Positions 1 through 11,600 of a stretch of DNA of 64,000 bases are shown piece by piece; position 1 is the stretch's first letter, and every line of letters begins with the position of its first letter. The stretch covers positions 14,384,001-14,448,000 of the forward strand of contig OZ193909.1 in the NCBI GenBank assembly GCA_964276515.1, given 5' to 3'. A program made the position numbers and the translations under genes. The stretch comes from Gordius albopunctatus (Eukaryota). The notes beneath the pieces are model-generated. The model did not search any database and had not been told where the DNA came from. It was given only the letters and a program-made list of their open reading frames with translations.

Positions 1-1221
1 ATTAATGTGTTTTTATGTTAAAATTAATGACTTATAATTGCATATGCTTTATGTGAAAGTATTAAAAAGTTTTTTATATTTTAATATAAAACTTTTCATA
101 GAGATTTAACATATAAGTGCCTTTTCTAAGATTTCTGTGCTAGAATCATTGATTTATATGCCTTATTACACAAATATCATTTAAAATGAATAATTGTTAA
201 ACAAGGTTAAGGTTTACAAATAATGCAAATTTATATTATGTGCTTAAAAATGTCAAAATATTAGAAGTTCATAATCTATTAAAGCTTATAAAATTTTACA
301 TATCAATTACTTTATCAAATTTTTGTGCTAGAATCATTGATTTAAATCTTTTATTGGTATAAAAATGTCATGTAATCATTAAAGATGGTTAGGATTTACA
401 TTTAATGCAAATATAGAAAATATCATAATTGCAGCAGGATCCATGAGCCCAGAGGGAGCATTTCCTACAGCTGAACCAGTCTTCATTATTATGATGATTT
501 GTATAATCTTTGCCACATATCAGGCAATTATTTTGTGATCTGATCAATTTTTTAGTAATCTTACCTTGGCATTTGGCCACCTTTTCTCTTACCTTTTTTT
601 ATGAGGTGATGATGTGAGTATTGTTGACACTTGCTGTCTAGTTGAAGTTTTTCTAGTTAAAATGGGATGGGATAAAGTGATTCTGGATTAAAATTATTTA
701 GGGACACTTCATTATTGGTAGTTTGAAATGATGTAACAACTTTTTCTAACTTTTCATCATCAATAACAATATTTGCTTTTCTGTGGTAATTACGCACCAT
801 AATTAAAAAAGTGAATGAGTGAAAAGGAAACGATAGCCCCGGGTGCGATAGCCCCGGCATGATCATTGAACTTTAAGTTGTGCTTAAGATGATTCAACTC
901 GTCAAAAAAATATATTTGAATATAAATATAATAAAAGAGTTACTTCTTATTACCTTGGTATATATTTCAGGTTGGCAGAATAAGTAGTTTTTAAATAATT
1001 TACAAAATACAAAAAAATAAAAAAGGACGTTTTAGCCCCGAAAAACCTTTTTTTCTACATAATTTTTTTGTAAGAAAGGTTAATCCAAATATTTTTTTTG
1101 CCTAACATGTGCCTTAATAAAATACATTTATGATTATAATTTGAGGTCTTAATAAACATAAATGACAAAAATAATCGAGAAGACGCTATAGCACCGGGTA
1201 AAAGATAGCCCCGGTCTCCCC
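1..1221 (-). mobile_element. Internally deleted pogo/Tigger-like (Tc1/mariner superfamily) DNA transposon; other end probably left of the window
   Basis: Minus-strand terminus TA|GGGGAGACCGGGGCTATC at 1223-1204, with subterminal GATAGCCCCGG repeats (832-857). Coding relics are MVRNYHRKANIVIDDEKLEK (pogo-type N-terminus, ATG near 800) and a PHD-like CLIC...WFSCRKCSLWAHGSC...ICIKC C-terminus (389-580). No DDE core lies between them. Confidence 0.65.
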
Positions 1222-1714
1222 TACACAATAATTTTCTTAACTTCATCTTTTATGTGTAGTAAATTATAATTGATGTATATTACTTTAGAAGTAAACTTAA
1301 AAACCTTTTATATTTTTAAAATAAACCAGGTATCAAATGAATTTATGTGCTCCTTAATGTGTTCAATAGTAATAAAGCATATATCCCAAAGAGTCAAATT
1401 TATATTCAGCTAAGCTTATAGGATAGAAATAAATTGAAAATGTAGACGGTTTTTGAATATTTAAATTGCACTATATTTTTTTAAATCCTCGTCTTGTGTC
1501 GTCTCGTCTCGTCAGATTTTTAATAGAGCAATGATTGCATTTCAATTCATCGCATACATGTTATACTAGTCGTTATTTTATGACGACACTCTATTCTTCT
1601 GACCCTAACTATACCCCAACTTAAAATTATTTCATCCCTTAGCTTATAAAATACCGGGGCAAAAAACAAGGCTCATTTTATGCGAGAGGGTTAAAAAAAG
1701 GGGGGGGGAGGGCG

Positions 1715-2350
1715 AAAAATTAAAGCCAACCAGGAGTCATTATTATTTATTTTCGGCCCCAATTTTTTTTGTTTTTTTTGTATATAAATGCCAAAACGTG
1801 TAGGCACAAAAATAAAAATGGATTTTGGCTTTGGCCGGGGTCAGATAAAGTAGAAGTAACAACGGTCATCATTAATTTGCAGGAAATTATATAGCCAGTT
1901 TCGCAATCATCCGTTATTAAGCAACAACCTAGACAAATTATCATATAAAATTCACAAAGCAGCAAATATCAATGGCTATTAAGCAGAATTTTGGCCTCTG
2001 GGGTCAGATAAAGTCAAAGTAAGCAACGTCATCATTAATTTTCCGGGAATTATTTAGCCAGTTTAGCAATTATCTGATATATAGCAACAACCTAGACAAG
2101 TTGCAAAAAAGAATTTATGCATAAAGCTAGTCAGTCGGACACATAAACAATAATGGAATTTTGGCTCGGGTTAGGTCAAAAAAGTAAACCCAACCAGCGG
2201 TCATAAGCTAGTGTATTTCGGAAAGCAAAATAAAAGTAATTTAGTCGTCAGCCATTAAAAACCCCTATAGTTTCCACGGCAATTATGCAAAAATTACAAG
2301 TTCGACAAAGCACGACAGACACGACAACCAAAAGCGAGCCCATATATTGT
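1715..2350. repeat. Copy of a dispersed Helentron/DINE-like repeat with internal ~160-bp duplication
   Basis: Units GATAAAGT...CAACGGTCATCATTAATTT...TAGCCAGTTT at ~1844 and ~2007 recur at ~3108. The copy ends in a degenerate GAC-microsatellite plus CAACCAAAAGCGAGCCCATA, as at 3350-3413, 45975-46036 and (inverted) 62117-62160. Confidence 0.5.
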
Positions 2351-3099
2351 AAATATTTAAATTTAGACCTACTGAATAGATTAAGATTTTTTTACCTATA
2401 TGACTTAGACTTTTAATTCTAAAATTACAACTTAATTTAAAATTAGTTGCAAAACCTTATTTTAGTCATAAAATAAAAAATTCTTAAATAAATATATTTA
2501 TCTTCAATAGATTTACAGCACCCCCCCCCCTCTGGGTGAAAGACGGGGTTAAAGGGGGGAGTGAACTTCCACACCCCCTCTGGGTGAGAGACAGGTTAAA
2601 AACGGGCGACCCCCCCCCCCTTGGTGGGGGAGAGGGAAAAAATTCTATTCACACTCTGACCAGTGCAATTTTTTATATTTTCCAGCAGCCACCAGATGGT
2701 CAAAAATCTTATAAACACATAATAGCCAAATATTAAAAAATAAAAAAAAATTTCAATCACACTTTGGCCATTGGTCATTTTTCCATTGTTCAGTAGCCAG
2801 CAGACTGTCAAACCTATAATTAATTATATATAGTGTTTTGATCTCGTCTCTGGCTCGAAAACGAAATCTCGTCTCGTCTCGGGAGCTATTATGAAAATCT
2901 CTATCTCGTTTCGTCTCGATCTATAAAAATCTCGGTCTCGTCTCGACTTTTTTTAAAAATATATACGGAATAAAAATTTCTCTTGTTTTATTAAAAATAT
3001 TAACTAAGTGTTAAAAATCTAAATGGCCAACTTTTACATTTTTTAAAAAACTTTAATACACAAACTTTTTAATGATTTAGCTGGACACGACATCTCATT

Positions 3100-3413
3100 G
3101 CAAAAAAGATAAAGTAGGAGTAAGCAACGGTCATCATAATTTGCTGGAAATCATTTAGCCATTTTTGCAATTTGATACATAAACAAGTTAAGGATATTGT
3201 GCTCGGGCGAGGTCGAAAAATTTAAAGCCAACTAGCGGTCATTAGCTAGTATATGCAAAAGCAAAATAAAAGTCTTTTACTGAAGCATAAGTCCACAGTC
3301 ATTAAAAATGCGCAAATGCTTCCACGGAAATTTTTTAAAAATTACAAGTTGGACGGACGGACAACGGACTGACGGACAACCAAAAGCGCGCCCATAAATT
3401 GCATAGCAATTAA
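3100..3413. repeat. Second copy of the Helentron/DINE-like repeat
   Basis: (GGAC)n-like tract followed by GCCCATAAATTGCATAGCAATTAA, which has a terminal stem-loop AATTGC-ATA-GCAATT. Internal sequence aligns by eye to 1840-2345. Confidence 0.55.
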
Positions 3414-3907
3414 AACATAGTAGGTAAGAGTGAGAAGTGCTAAGTTGGATAACATCGAGTTATAGTTTAATCACGGTTTATTGTAGAGGGAAAATACGAG
3501 GTGAGTCGCACCCTTCCTATATTTTCTCACTTGCTACCATCGAAACCTCAAATTTAAATATACCTAAATCAAAATTTTGAAATAAAACATTTTGAAGAGT
3601 GTTGTAAAATAGCGAATTTCTCACACATTTAAAATTGATAAAACAAACCAGCATAGCACATATTATCATTGGGGACAAATGCTTTAAGGGGGAGAGGTTC
3701 ATTGTTCTTTATATAAAATTAATCAAGGATAGAGTCTGTTAATTGTATAGAATTACTTGAGTTTCATGATAAATTGCTACTTTAAGAGCTAAGCGAAAGA
3801 TGCATGTGTTCCAAGTTCTTATGTTTGGCCTAACTTTATAAAATACAAGTGACATTGGATTACTGACGCGCAAAATCCGTAAAAATTCTAAAGCAAGACG
3901 AGGCGAG

Positions 3908-5888
3908 CAGTAGCGTAGCTAAGGGGTGTCCAGGGGGCCCGGGCCTCTCCAAGAGCAAAAACCGGGCCCCATGAGCCCCCCCCCCCAAGGGAAAAATCTT
4001 GGGCCCCCGGGCTCCTTCCGCCATTATTTTTTTTATCTTAATTAAGAAACAATATAAAGATTATTATTATTGTTTCTGGATAAAAGTTTTAATTATAATA
4101 TTACAAATAAAAATAAAGATGCTGTATAAGACAATGAAGGTGAAAATTGTATCAAATTGTTGAGTTGACATAATTACATAATTTCAAAATTAATATTAAT
4201 TTAAAACCCTAGTTTTTTATAATTAATTTCGACTTTACTTTATTAATTAATATGAATAGCAATAGCAAGAAGCAATTAAAGCTTAACATGTTTTTAAAGC
4301 CCTTAGCTCCAAGCAATAGGTTAAATCAAATAGGTAGTTAAAAATTTTTATTATTAGGTTTATATAAATATAATATTAGGTGAAGAAAAAAATGGAGTCC
4401 TGAAAGTTATTTACTTAGTGTTAGTGCTTTCATTCATTTATTAAAATACAAATTTATAGAAAATGAAAAGGAGAATTACATTGACATTGGCAGTAATAGT
4501 AATAGCTCTTCATCCTCAACCTCGAGTAATTCATTAAATTAAATAATTTCAAAGCCATAAATTAGGTTACACTGAAGGTCTTACTAATTTAATTGAAAAT
4601 AGCATTCTAGAAAATTCCAATCATAAAAATAAAAGATTGATTTCAAAATTGATTTATATTATCCTTTCATCGATAGAATAATAGCAGAATTAAACATAAG
4701 ATTTTCGGAAATTAATTGTAATTTATATAAGTCCTTAGAAGGTTTAAACCCTTCATCCCCTTTTTTGCCATAAATATCTTTTATCAGAAATAATTAACCA
4801 TTATGAATTAAAACTGGAAGACGGCGAAATAAAAATGGCAAAAAATTTTGTAACACATTATAACTCTTTATCTTCAAATAAAATAAAATTCAATGATATT
4901 TTTTAACTTATTAAAATCTTGCCCCCAATAGTGTTTCCAAATTTTACTATTTTGATTAAAATAATTTTAATTTTAACTATCCCAATTAGAGTCCTGCTGG
5001 GCCAGTAAACACATCAACCCGCCCAGCCCAACCCATTAAAGTAAATAATTAATTTTAATGGGCTGGGTTGGGCCTAAAAAATTTGATGGGCTGGGCTGCA
5101 AATTGTTGAATAATAAAAATTCAATTTTAAAATTAATATATTAATTCAAATTCTAATTAAGTTTTGCAATTCTAAATTTTAATTAACATCCGTCGCTTCG
5201 CATTTTACTAATTTATTTTATTCTATTAACATGTTAAAACCGCCAACTTTTAAATATATTGATAACGACAATGCTAAAAGCACCTCAAATATATGGAAAG
5301 TATTTATGTTGGAAGTAGGAGATAACAACAAACCAACAGGAAAAGTTAAATGCAGGCTATGTAATGTTATATATAGATACTTTTGATTATTTTAAAGGTG
5401 AACCAATGGAAATTGAATTATTAAAAGATGGAATTGACACAGATTATATATTTATATCATTTTATTGTATTTTAATATATATCTAATATGAAAATAAATA
5501 TATTTATACATTGTAAAGTGTGAATTAAATTTAGGAAGAAAAAATACTTAACATGGTCTGGGCTGGGTTTGTTAGGCGTGGGGTGGGGGCTTAAAAAAAG
5601 TTTGTGAGCATAGTTTGGGTCGACCTTAACATGGATTGGGCTGGGCCGGCAAAAATCGGCCCGTGCAGGACTCTAATCCCAATAGCTTCATGTTGATGCG
5701 AAAGATCGTTCTCATTGCTAAAACGGATTAAAACCTATCTTCGTTCCACAATTGGACAAGATAGGTTATCTTCCTTAGCTTTATTGAGCTTAGAACATGA
5801 CTTTGTAAATGTTATTCACCTGGATGATATTATAAATTCGTTTGCAACATCGAATAAAAGGCGTAATGAACTACTATTAAAAGACTAA
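3908..5888 (+). pseudogene. Degenerate hAT transposon (ZMYM1/52-kDa-repressor-like transposase C-terminal half), interrupted by a MITE
   Basis: Terminus CAGTAGCGTAGCTAAGGGG at 3908. Translated relics are IDLYYPFIDRIIAELNIRFSE (~4648), VFPNFTILIKIILILTIPI (~4930-4986) and, after the insertion, ASC*CERSFSLLKRIKTYLRSTIGQDRLSSLALLSLE (hAT dimerization domain, 5684-5800). Stops and frameshifts are present. Linking the terminus to the ORF is inferred. Confidence 0.8.
4987..5675 (+). mobile_element. Non-autonomous hAT element (TAGAGTCCTGC family) with BED-finger relic
   Basis: Perfect 11-bp TIRs TAGAGTCCTGC / GCAGGACTCTA, 8-bp TSD ATCCCAAT (4979-4986 and 5676-5683) and subterminal GGGCT/GCCC repeats. 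Internal 5231-5386 reads MLKPPTFKYIDNDNAKSTSNIWKVF...KVKCRLCNVIYRY. Confidence 0.9.
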
Positions 5889-6758
5889 TTTTAATATTTA
5901 ATTAAAAATTATTTGGGCTTTTAAACTTGTTTTAAACTTTTTAATACTTTCAAAATATATTAAAATATTATTAAATTTACAAAAATTCCATCATGGTTTC
6001 AATTTAATTGTCCATCTCATATGCTTATTGTTTAACATATCTTGCATATTTTTATGTACCACATGCACATATAAAGCGAATAGTTTTCTAAAAAATTGTT
6101 TGTACACAATTTCTTCCCTTTATTAGTGATATCTCATCATAAGTTTGATAAATTAATATTAATAACCAATTGCTGAATTTTATTCAATTGTTAACGCATC
6201 AAAACTTTCAAGGGATAAAAATCCTAAAAAATCATTATGTTTGTCTTTGGACGCTAATTTTTCTGTTCATCTCACATCTCTAATTTCATCTAAAATTATC
6301 AAATTAAATTTTGATTCATTTAATTGTGACAGAATATTTTTAAGGTTCATTTATCCGTTAAATTTATTAGTTCATTTTAATTTTTAGGTGATGTAAAGGG
6401 GGGGGGGTTTTACAAATATATCTATAATATCAGGGGCAATAACTTCTAAATACTTATTCTCGAACGAATTTTAATTTCATAATTAATTTTTTTAAATTTT
6501 ATGTTATAATTATGCCTTTGAGCATCACCTTAAAAAGGGCTTTTAAATGTTCTCATTGTTCTCCTGATATAAATGCTGCCTGAAAATGTTGCCAATATTG
6601 CCTATGTAAAATTAAAATTTGTTATATATATGGCCAAGATTTTTGCGGTTGTGGCAATAATTTTTATAAAAAATTTGTTATATAGTTGTTTTTTTTAACT
6701 ATTTGCATTATTTTTTAAAATTTCAACGATTTATTGTCAATATCCCCGTTCCACATTC

Positions 6759-9700
6759 TTTTTTATTAAAAAGTTTATTTGTTAAAAATCCGTCGACAGT
6801 AATATAATATAAATACATAAAATATAAAAGACAAAATGCGTCAAATAAAATAATACACTATTCTAATATATCATCATCGAGGGGATCTTCCAAAATTGGC
6901 CAAGAATCCGCGAACGATTTAAAATTGTACTTGGCTATAAGAATACCAAGTCGTTGTTTAAGTAAAAAGGATACCGAATGTTTAGACGGGGGAGAACGTC
7001 TTCCTACCTCTTTAAAAAAGGCCAAGGCCTGTTTGCCAAAGGTGCCTGAACACGAAGCAACCAATGGAATAAAAATGTTTGAGGATAATAGGGCTTTGTA
7101 TTTATTAGTTTTCCGCCCCTCTGCGACAGCTAAAGAATCATTGTTGTAGTTAGAGGGGGCAAATAGGTCAATACACGTGAAGTCCCATTTAAGGTGAAGA
7201 CCATTGCTCCATGGGACTAAAGAAGATCCATCAGGACGCATACGTCCCTCCAAGGAGGGGTCCGATGGCTCCAAGATGGATGGGATATTTGCTCTCTTCA
7301 ATGCACTTTGAATTAAGGTATTGGCCTTATTATGCCTAACATATTTAAATTTGTTTGCCAGGCAGTATAAGGGATGCCTGGCTTGTTCGTCTACGAGTAT
7401 GCTGCAATTTCGGCAAATAAATGGCTTCGAAAATTTTACACCTAGCCTGAGAGCTATGGAATACGAAAGTTACGAGTCCTCCAGCATCATCCCGGTGAGA
7501 CAGCTTGGGTAGACCTCTAGCCATTCGTGACCTGAGCCATCAAACAAAAACGACCTTAAATTAGAACACTGACTTGCATCCCTACTCGAAATTAGATAAT
7601 CAACGGAGCGCAACACAAGTCCGGCATCCCAATCTTTTTGTCGTGAGGTTTGTGGCAAAGGTGTTCCGGGATTGGTATTGTTTTTCCAAATAGCTAAAGC
7701 AATGGGTAAAAGCGGGTCTTCTTTAACAGGATACAACTTAAAAATGGTATCTTGTACCGATTTGTAAGATGAAATAAACGAGACTAGAGATATTGCGGCA
7801 GGTGAGCGAATCCCTAAACCACCCGATTTGGTTGGTAGGGAAGCTTGTAACCAGCTATGAGTATTGAACTTTATATTTAAAATAGATTGTAAAATAGATT
7901 TAATATTCTGTTCAAGGAGGTTTAAAATTTCCGAGTGTAAAAAAGCACTTGAAGAGCGAAAACAGTGTTGAATTTTTGAAATATTAAAATAGTTTTTCAT
8001 TATGTAAAAAGCGTGGTGTGAAGGCAAACACTTTAAGAGATCTAATTTTGAGTTTAAAATAGAGAGATTTTTCTCCAAATAAGTTGCGAGTCCAACTCTA
8101 CCACCTATAGGCGATCCAAGATGGCACATAGCGTCTTTCTCGATTTCTAAAAAAGGGGTAATGTGTGGATATAATGAGTAATCAGGTGGTTGAAAGATCT
8201 CACATTTGGTCTCGTTTAGTTTTAGTTTTAAAATTGGTTCGAAATTCTTTATAATTTTGATGGCTTTAAAAACTTCGCGAGGATGACCACAAAGGGTGGC
8301 ATCGTCCAAGTACCAAATATTTAGTGTTAGGTCGCATTCGTGCGATATTTTTTCCACTAAACATTGGATGCCTGAGCAAAATAATGGCGGACCCAATGGG
8401 TCACCTTGTTGGGTACCTTCAGATGAATTTATTTTAAAATCCCCAAATCTTAAAAAGGATGTTGAGCCATAACTTAATAAGATGTAGTTATGGAACTCCG
8501 GAAATTTCTCGAGAAAATTTTTGATAAGGACATCTCTACGAATGCTATTAAAAGCGTTGGCAAAGTCTAGTTTGACCCTGCAATGATCCGATGGTATGCC
8601 TTCGAGGGCTAGCCTAGCGGCATGACTAGCAGCTTCGCAGCCACCCTTTATTCCAAAACCTAATTGATGTGGACTTAGGTTAGTGGAAAGGATCGGTTTG
8701 ATTTTATTACATATTATTTTAGAAATAATCCTCCTAAAAACTCCCCCAATGGCGATAGGTCTTAGTGAATTGTCTGGCTTCTTAATCGCTATCAATTTGG
8801 CGCCAAACAAAATAGGTATTATTTCATGAGGCACGTCCCCATTGACAATGAGATTGCATAAAGATGTTATGGCCTTTAGGAGGCATGTTGAGTTTAGGTT
8901 ATTAATTTTAAGTAAATCTTAGAGATATACAGGGCGGATTCCGTCTAGGCCGGCTGCAGAATCTAGGGGAAATGAGTTAATGGCTTCAGCGACCTCGGCG
9001 GAATCTAAGGATATGTTGCATTTAGAGTAGGGATATTTATCTAAGGATGACGAAGGAGGATGCTTTAGTATAAGCTGGTTGTAAGTTTCCTGTGTGCTTG
9101 AGGCGATTGTATCGTTGCCATAAAACACCCTCAGAGCTCCCTTTGGATTAAAATGATTAATTTTGCTGGATACAAGCTTAGCAGTATGTTTCAAAGATGA
9201 TGCAAAAGCAGGTTTTGTCTGGGAAGGGCATAAGAGTGTACAGGTGTCAAAAGTAGCAATGGAGTCTTTTATTTGTTTAGATAGGTTTAAGTCTTCGGGC
9301 GGCCTGATAAAGAGAATGTGGTATGAGAATTTAAGGATTTTGTCCCAATTAACAAGGTTCTTCGGATCATTAGTTATGGACGTTATCATATTTATAATAA
9401 ATTGTTGGGCGGCCAGTCTTGCCCCTCTAGGAATTCTAGATAACCTTTTAGGAAAGGAGAGAGTAAGGAAGAAATTACTCCATGAAAAATCTGGAGGTGA
9501 AATATTTGGTGGCAAGCTGTAATCATTAAAATTAAGGGCATGACTGTCTTCAACTTCTGCTTGATTATCCTCTTCATTTGCTATTAAAGGGGATGTTTGT
9601 TCTCCAATATCACTTATAATAGTTATAGGGGGAATTGCACTTACTGGTGGTGCTTTTTGGCCAGAATATTTACATCTTGCTGACGTTGGGCCATGTAAAA

Positions 9701-9769
9701 AAAGAGAAAATTTTTATTTATTCCAATGATTCTCTTACAAGAGTGGCAAAGTGCTTTAAGGTTAACCAT
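6759..9769 (-). mobile_element. Near full-length CRE-clade non-LTR retrotransposon (RT + CCHC + restriction-like endonuclease), inactivated
   Basis: ORF pieces 8919-9515, 7470-8834 and 6858-7301 are all in one frame, separated by single TAA codons. RT motifs are RPIAIG, LDFANAFNSIRR, GTQQGDPLGP and WYLDD. These are followed by CRNC-x9-H-x3-C, RHN and RPD...WDFT (RLE). ATG 9769 gives CHSC, joined by a 1-nt frameshift to HGPTSARC. AATAAA and an A-tail end at 6759. Confidence 0.9.
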
Positions 9770-10119
9770 GAGAATATTTTAAAGCATATTATTCTGTAAA
9801 CTTTAAAGCTAAATTACTGAAAAAAAAATTCCAGTTGGACAATGGCTACATTGTGCAGAATATTTTAAGTATGCATCATTTAGTTTATGTTATGATAATC
9901 ATTTCATCAAAAAAAAATTTATACTTGTAATTGTTATATAGGCATGGATAATAGAATATTTATTAATCTTTTAAAGCTGGTTATATATGTTCAAGATTAA
10001 TCAGGCTGCTTAAACTGTGATATCTCTTAAATTGGAATTAGTGGATGGATATAAAAGAATAGATATTGGGATATAGATGATTGTCATATGAAGTTGTGCA
10101 ATGAATTGTCTTTGATGTA

Positions 10120-10262
10120 TGCTTGATTGATTGTAAAGATAGTTGGTGGAAACAAGGTTTAACGATAATATAAGCGAAGTTATGTGCGACTAATATGTGG
10201 TAAGAATAATCCGGCATTGTGTTTCTTGAATTCCTACAGTTAATGGCTGCACAATATCCCAT
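10120..10262 (-). pseudogene. Truncated THAP-domain-like fragment (likely DNA transposon relic)
   Basis: MGYCAAINCRNSRNTMPDYSYH resembles the THAP N-terminus (C-x4-C...S(F/Y)H). The following FP/W/C-x2-H core is missing. PPTIF in another frame (~10150) may be the AVPTIF box. Confidence 0.4.
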
Positions 10263-11489
10263 TCTTTTCCTACCAGATGCGTTATTTTGTATTTTCAAGA
10301 TGGCGGTAAAACTGGCACCTTACAATTCATTTACACAAAACTTATTATACCATGTGAAATTTTTTATATTGTTTCAACTACATCACTTTGTTTTATTTAT
10401 GAATAAATTTTATTTATTTTATGCTTTATAAACATGAGGGGACATATTAGTGTGATTTTAATGGAGAAAATTGACAAATTAGTAGCGGAATTTTAGGTTT
10501 TTCCAACGTTCATGAGGGAAATTTTTTTAATTGCATTTGACTCATGGTCGTATTTAGGTTTTGGATTGGGAGGGGGGGGGGCAAAACATAAATATTTTTT
10601 ATTCTTAAAGGTGGGCGTAGGAAATTTTTTTGTCTCTCCCCCTTTGACTAGCTCAGCCCCCCCCCAAGACAAAAAAAGGCTAGCTACGCCACTGCCAATA
10701 CACCCAAGTGAATCAAATATTAGTCTATTGCACCGCAAAATTCAATAAGAAATTTTAGCTTATATAAAAAGTACAAGTCAATCTTTGAGCATGTGAATTT
10801 TATAATGTAATTATCAAGTATCTATATTCATAGCATTATATAATATAAATATTTTTTTGATATAACTTCATCTAAATTAGTACATATTACCTTTTTCAAA
10901 TTTTGCAACAATTTTCTCCATTCTGCCTGATATGATAATTATTTAAAAGATTAGCCAATTAGACAAATTATTTAATCAAATTTGGTTAAACTAGCTGGAC
11001 ATTTTTTGAGCACCCCGTCCTTGCTAACTACTGTTTAAAAAAACTTTATATTCTTTCTCCAATAACAATGTACATGTATTTGGGTTTTAGAACATTTTAA
11101 ATTGTGTATATGTTGTTATTAACATTATAAACTCGCTCCTAGGCGACTTAAATAATGTGCAAGAAAGGTTATAATAAAGATGTTATACTCAAAGGCCTAA
11201 AGCTCTTGTCTATAATTTAATAAAAAAACAATACTTTGTCTGGGCCTTAGCCAATGTTAATAAAGGTTTCTAGCTGGCTAAATTTCTAACCAGATAGAGT
11301 ATAAAGATAGTGATTTCTATTTTGATACAACAGTGACCTTAACACAGCTGTATTAATTTTGTCCAAAATTATCCTTTTTACTATCTATATATTTTCGATT
11401 TTTAATGTACAAGCAATATTGATAGTTTGTTGCTCTAAAATATTTGTTGATTTTTGTTTTAAATCTTTTCGAACAAGAAAATGATTTGC

Positions 11490-11529
11490 TATATCCATAG
11501 ACTAACATAGACTTTAGTCTATGGATATA
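11490..11529. promoter_or_regulatory. Perfect 16-bp-arm inverted repeat just upstream of the HIRA start
   Basis: TATATCCATAGACTAA-catagact-TTAGTCTATGGATATA, ending 71 nt before ATG 11601. The repeat is directly visible; a regulatory role is only inferred. Confidence 0.4.
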
Positions 11530-11600
11530 TCACTAAATCGGACATAGTATTAACATCTTTTGACACTTGGCCATATGATTTGCTTCATTCATTAAACCAT

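Noticed and set aside
2831..2947. TCTCG-array transposon end
   Set aside because: Likely a hAT-type terminus, but no matching opposite end or TSD could be defined.
7470..8921. Two in-frame TAA codons in the CRE ORF as evidence of stop-codon reassignment or readthrough
   Set aside because: They correspond to different residues (Gln, Glu) in copy 2, and no host exon examined needs TAA read as sense. Ordinary decay is simpler.
9163..9522. Antisense ORFs over the CRE elements and other 60-100 aa ORFs in AT-rich DNA
   Set aside because: Shadows of the opposite-strand coding frame or chance ORFs with no recognisable motifs.
3908..10694. CAGTAGCGTAGCTA (3908) and TAGCTACGCCACTG (10681-10694) as TIRs of one 6.8-kb hAT element
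   Set aside because: Flanks GAGGCGAG and CCAATACA are not a TSD, and similar termini recur elsewhere (45182, 46086).
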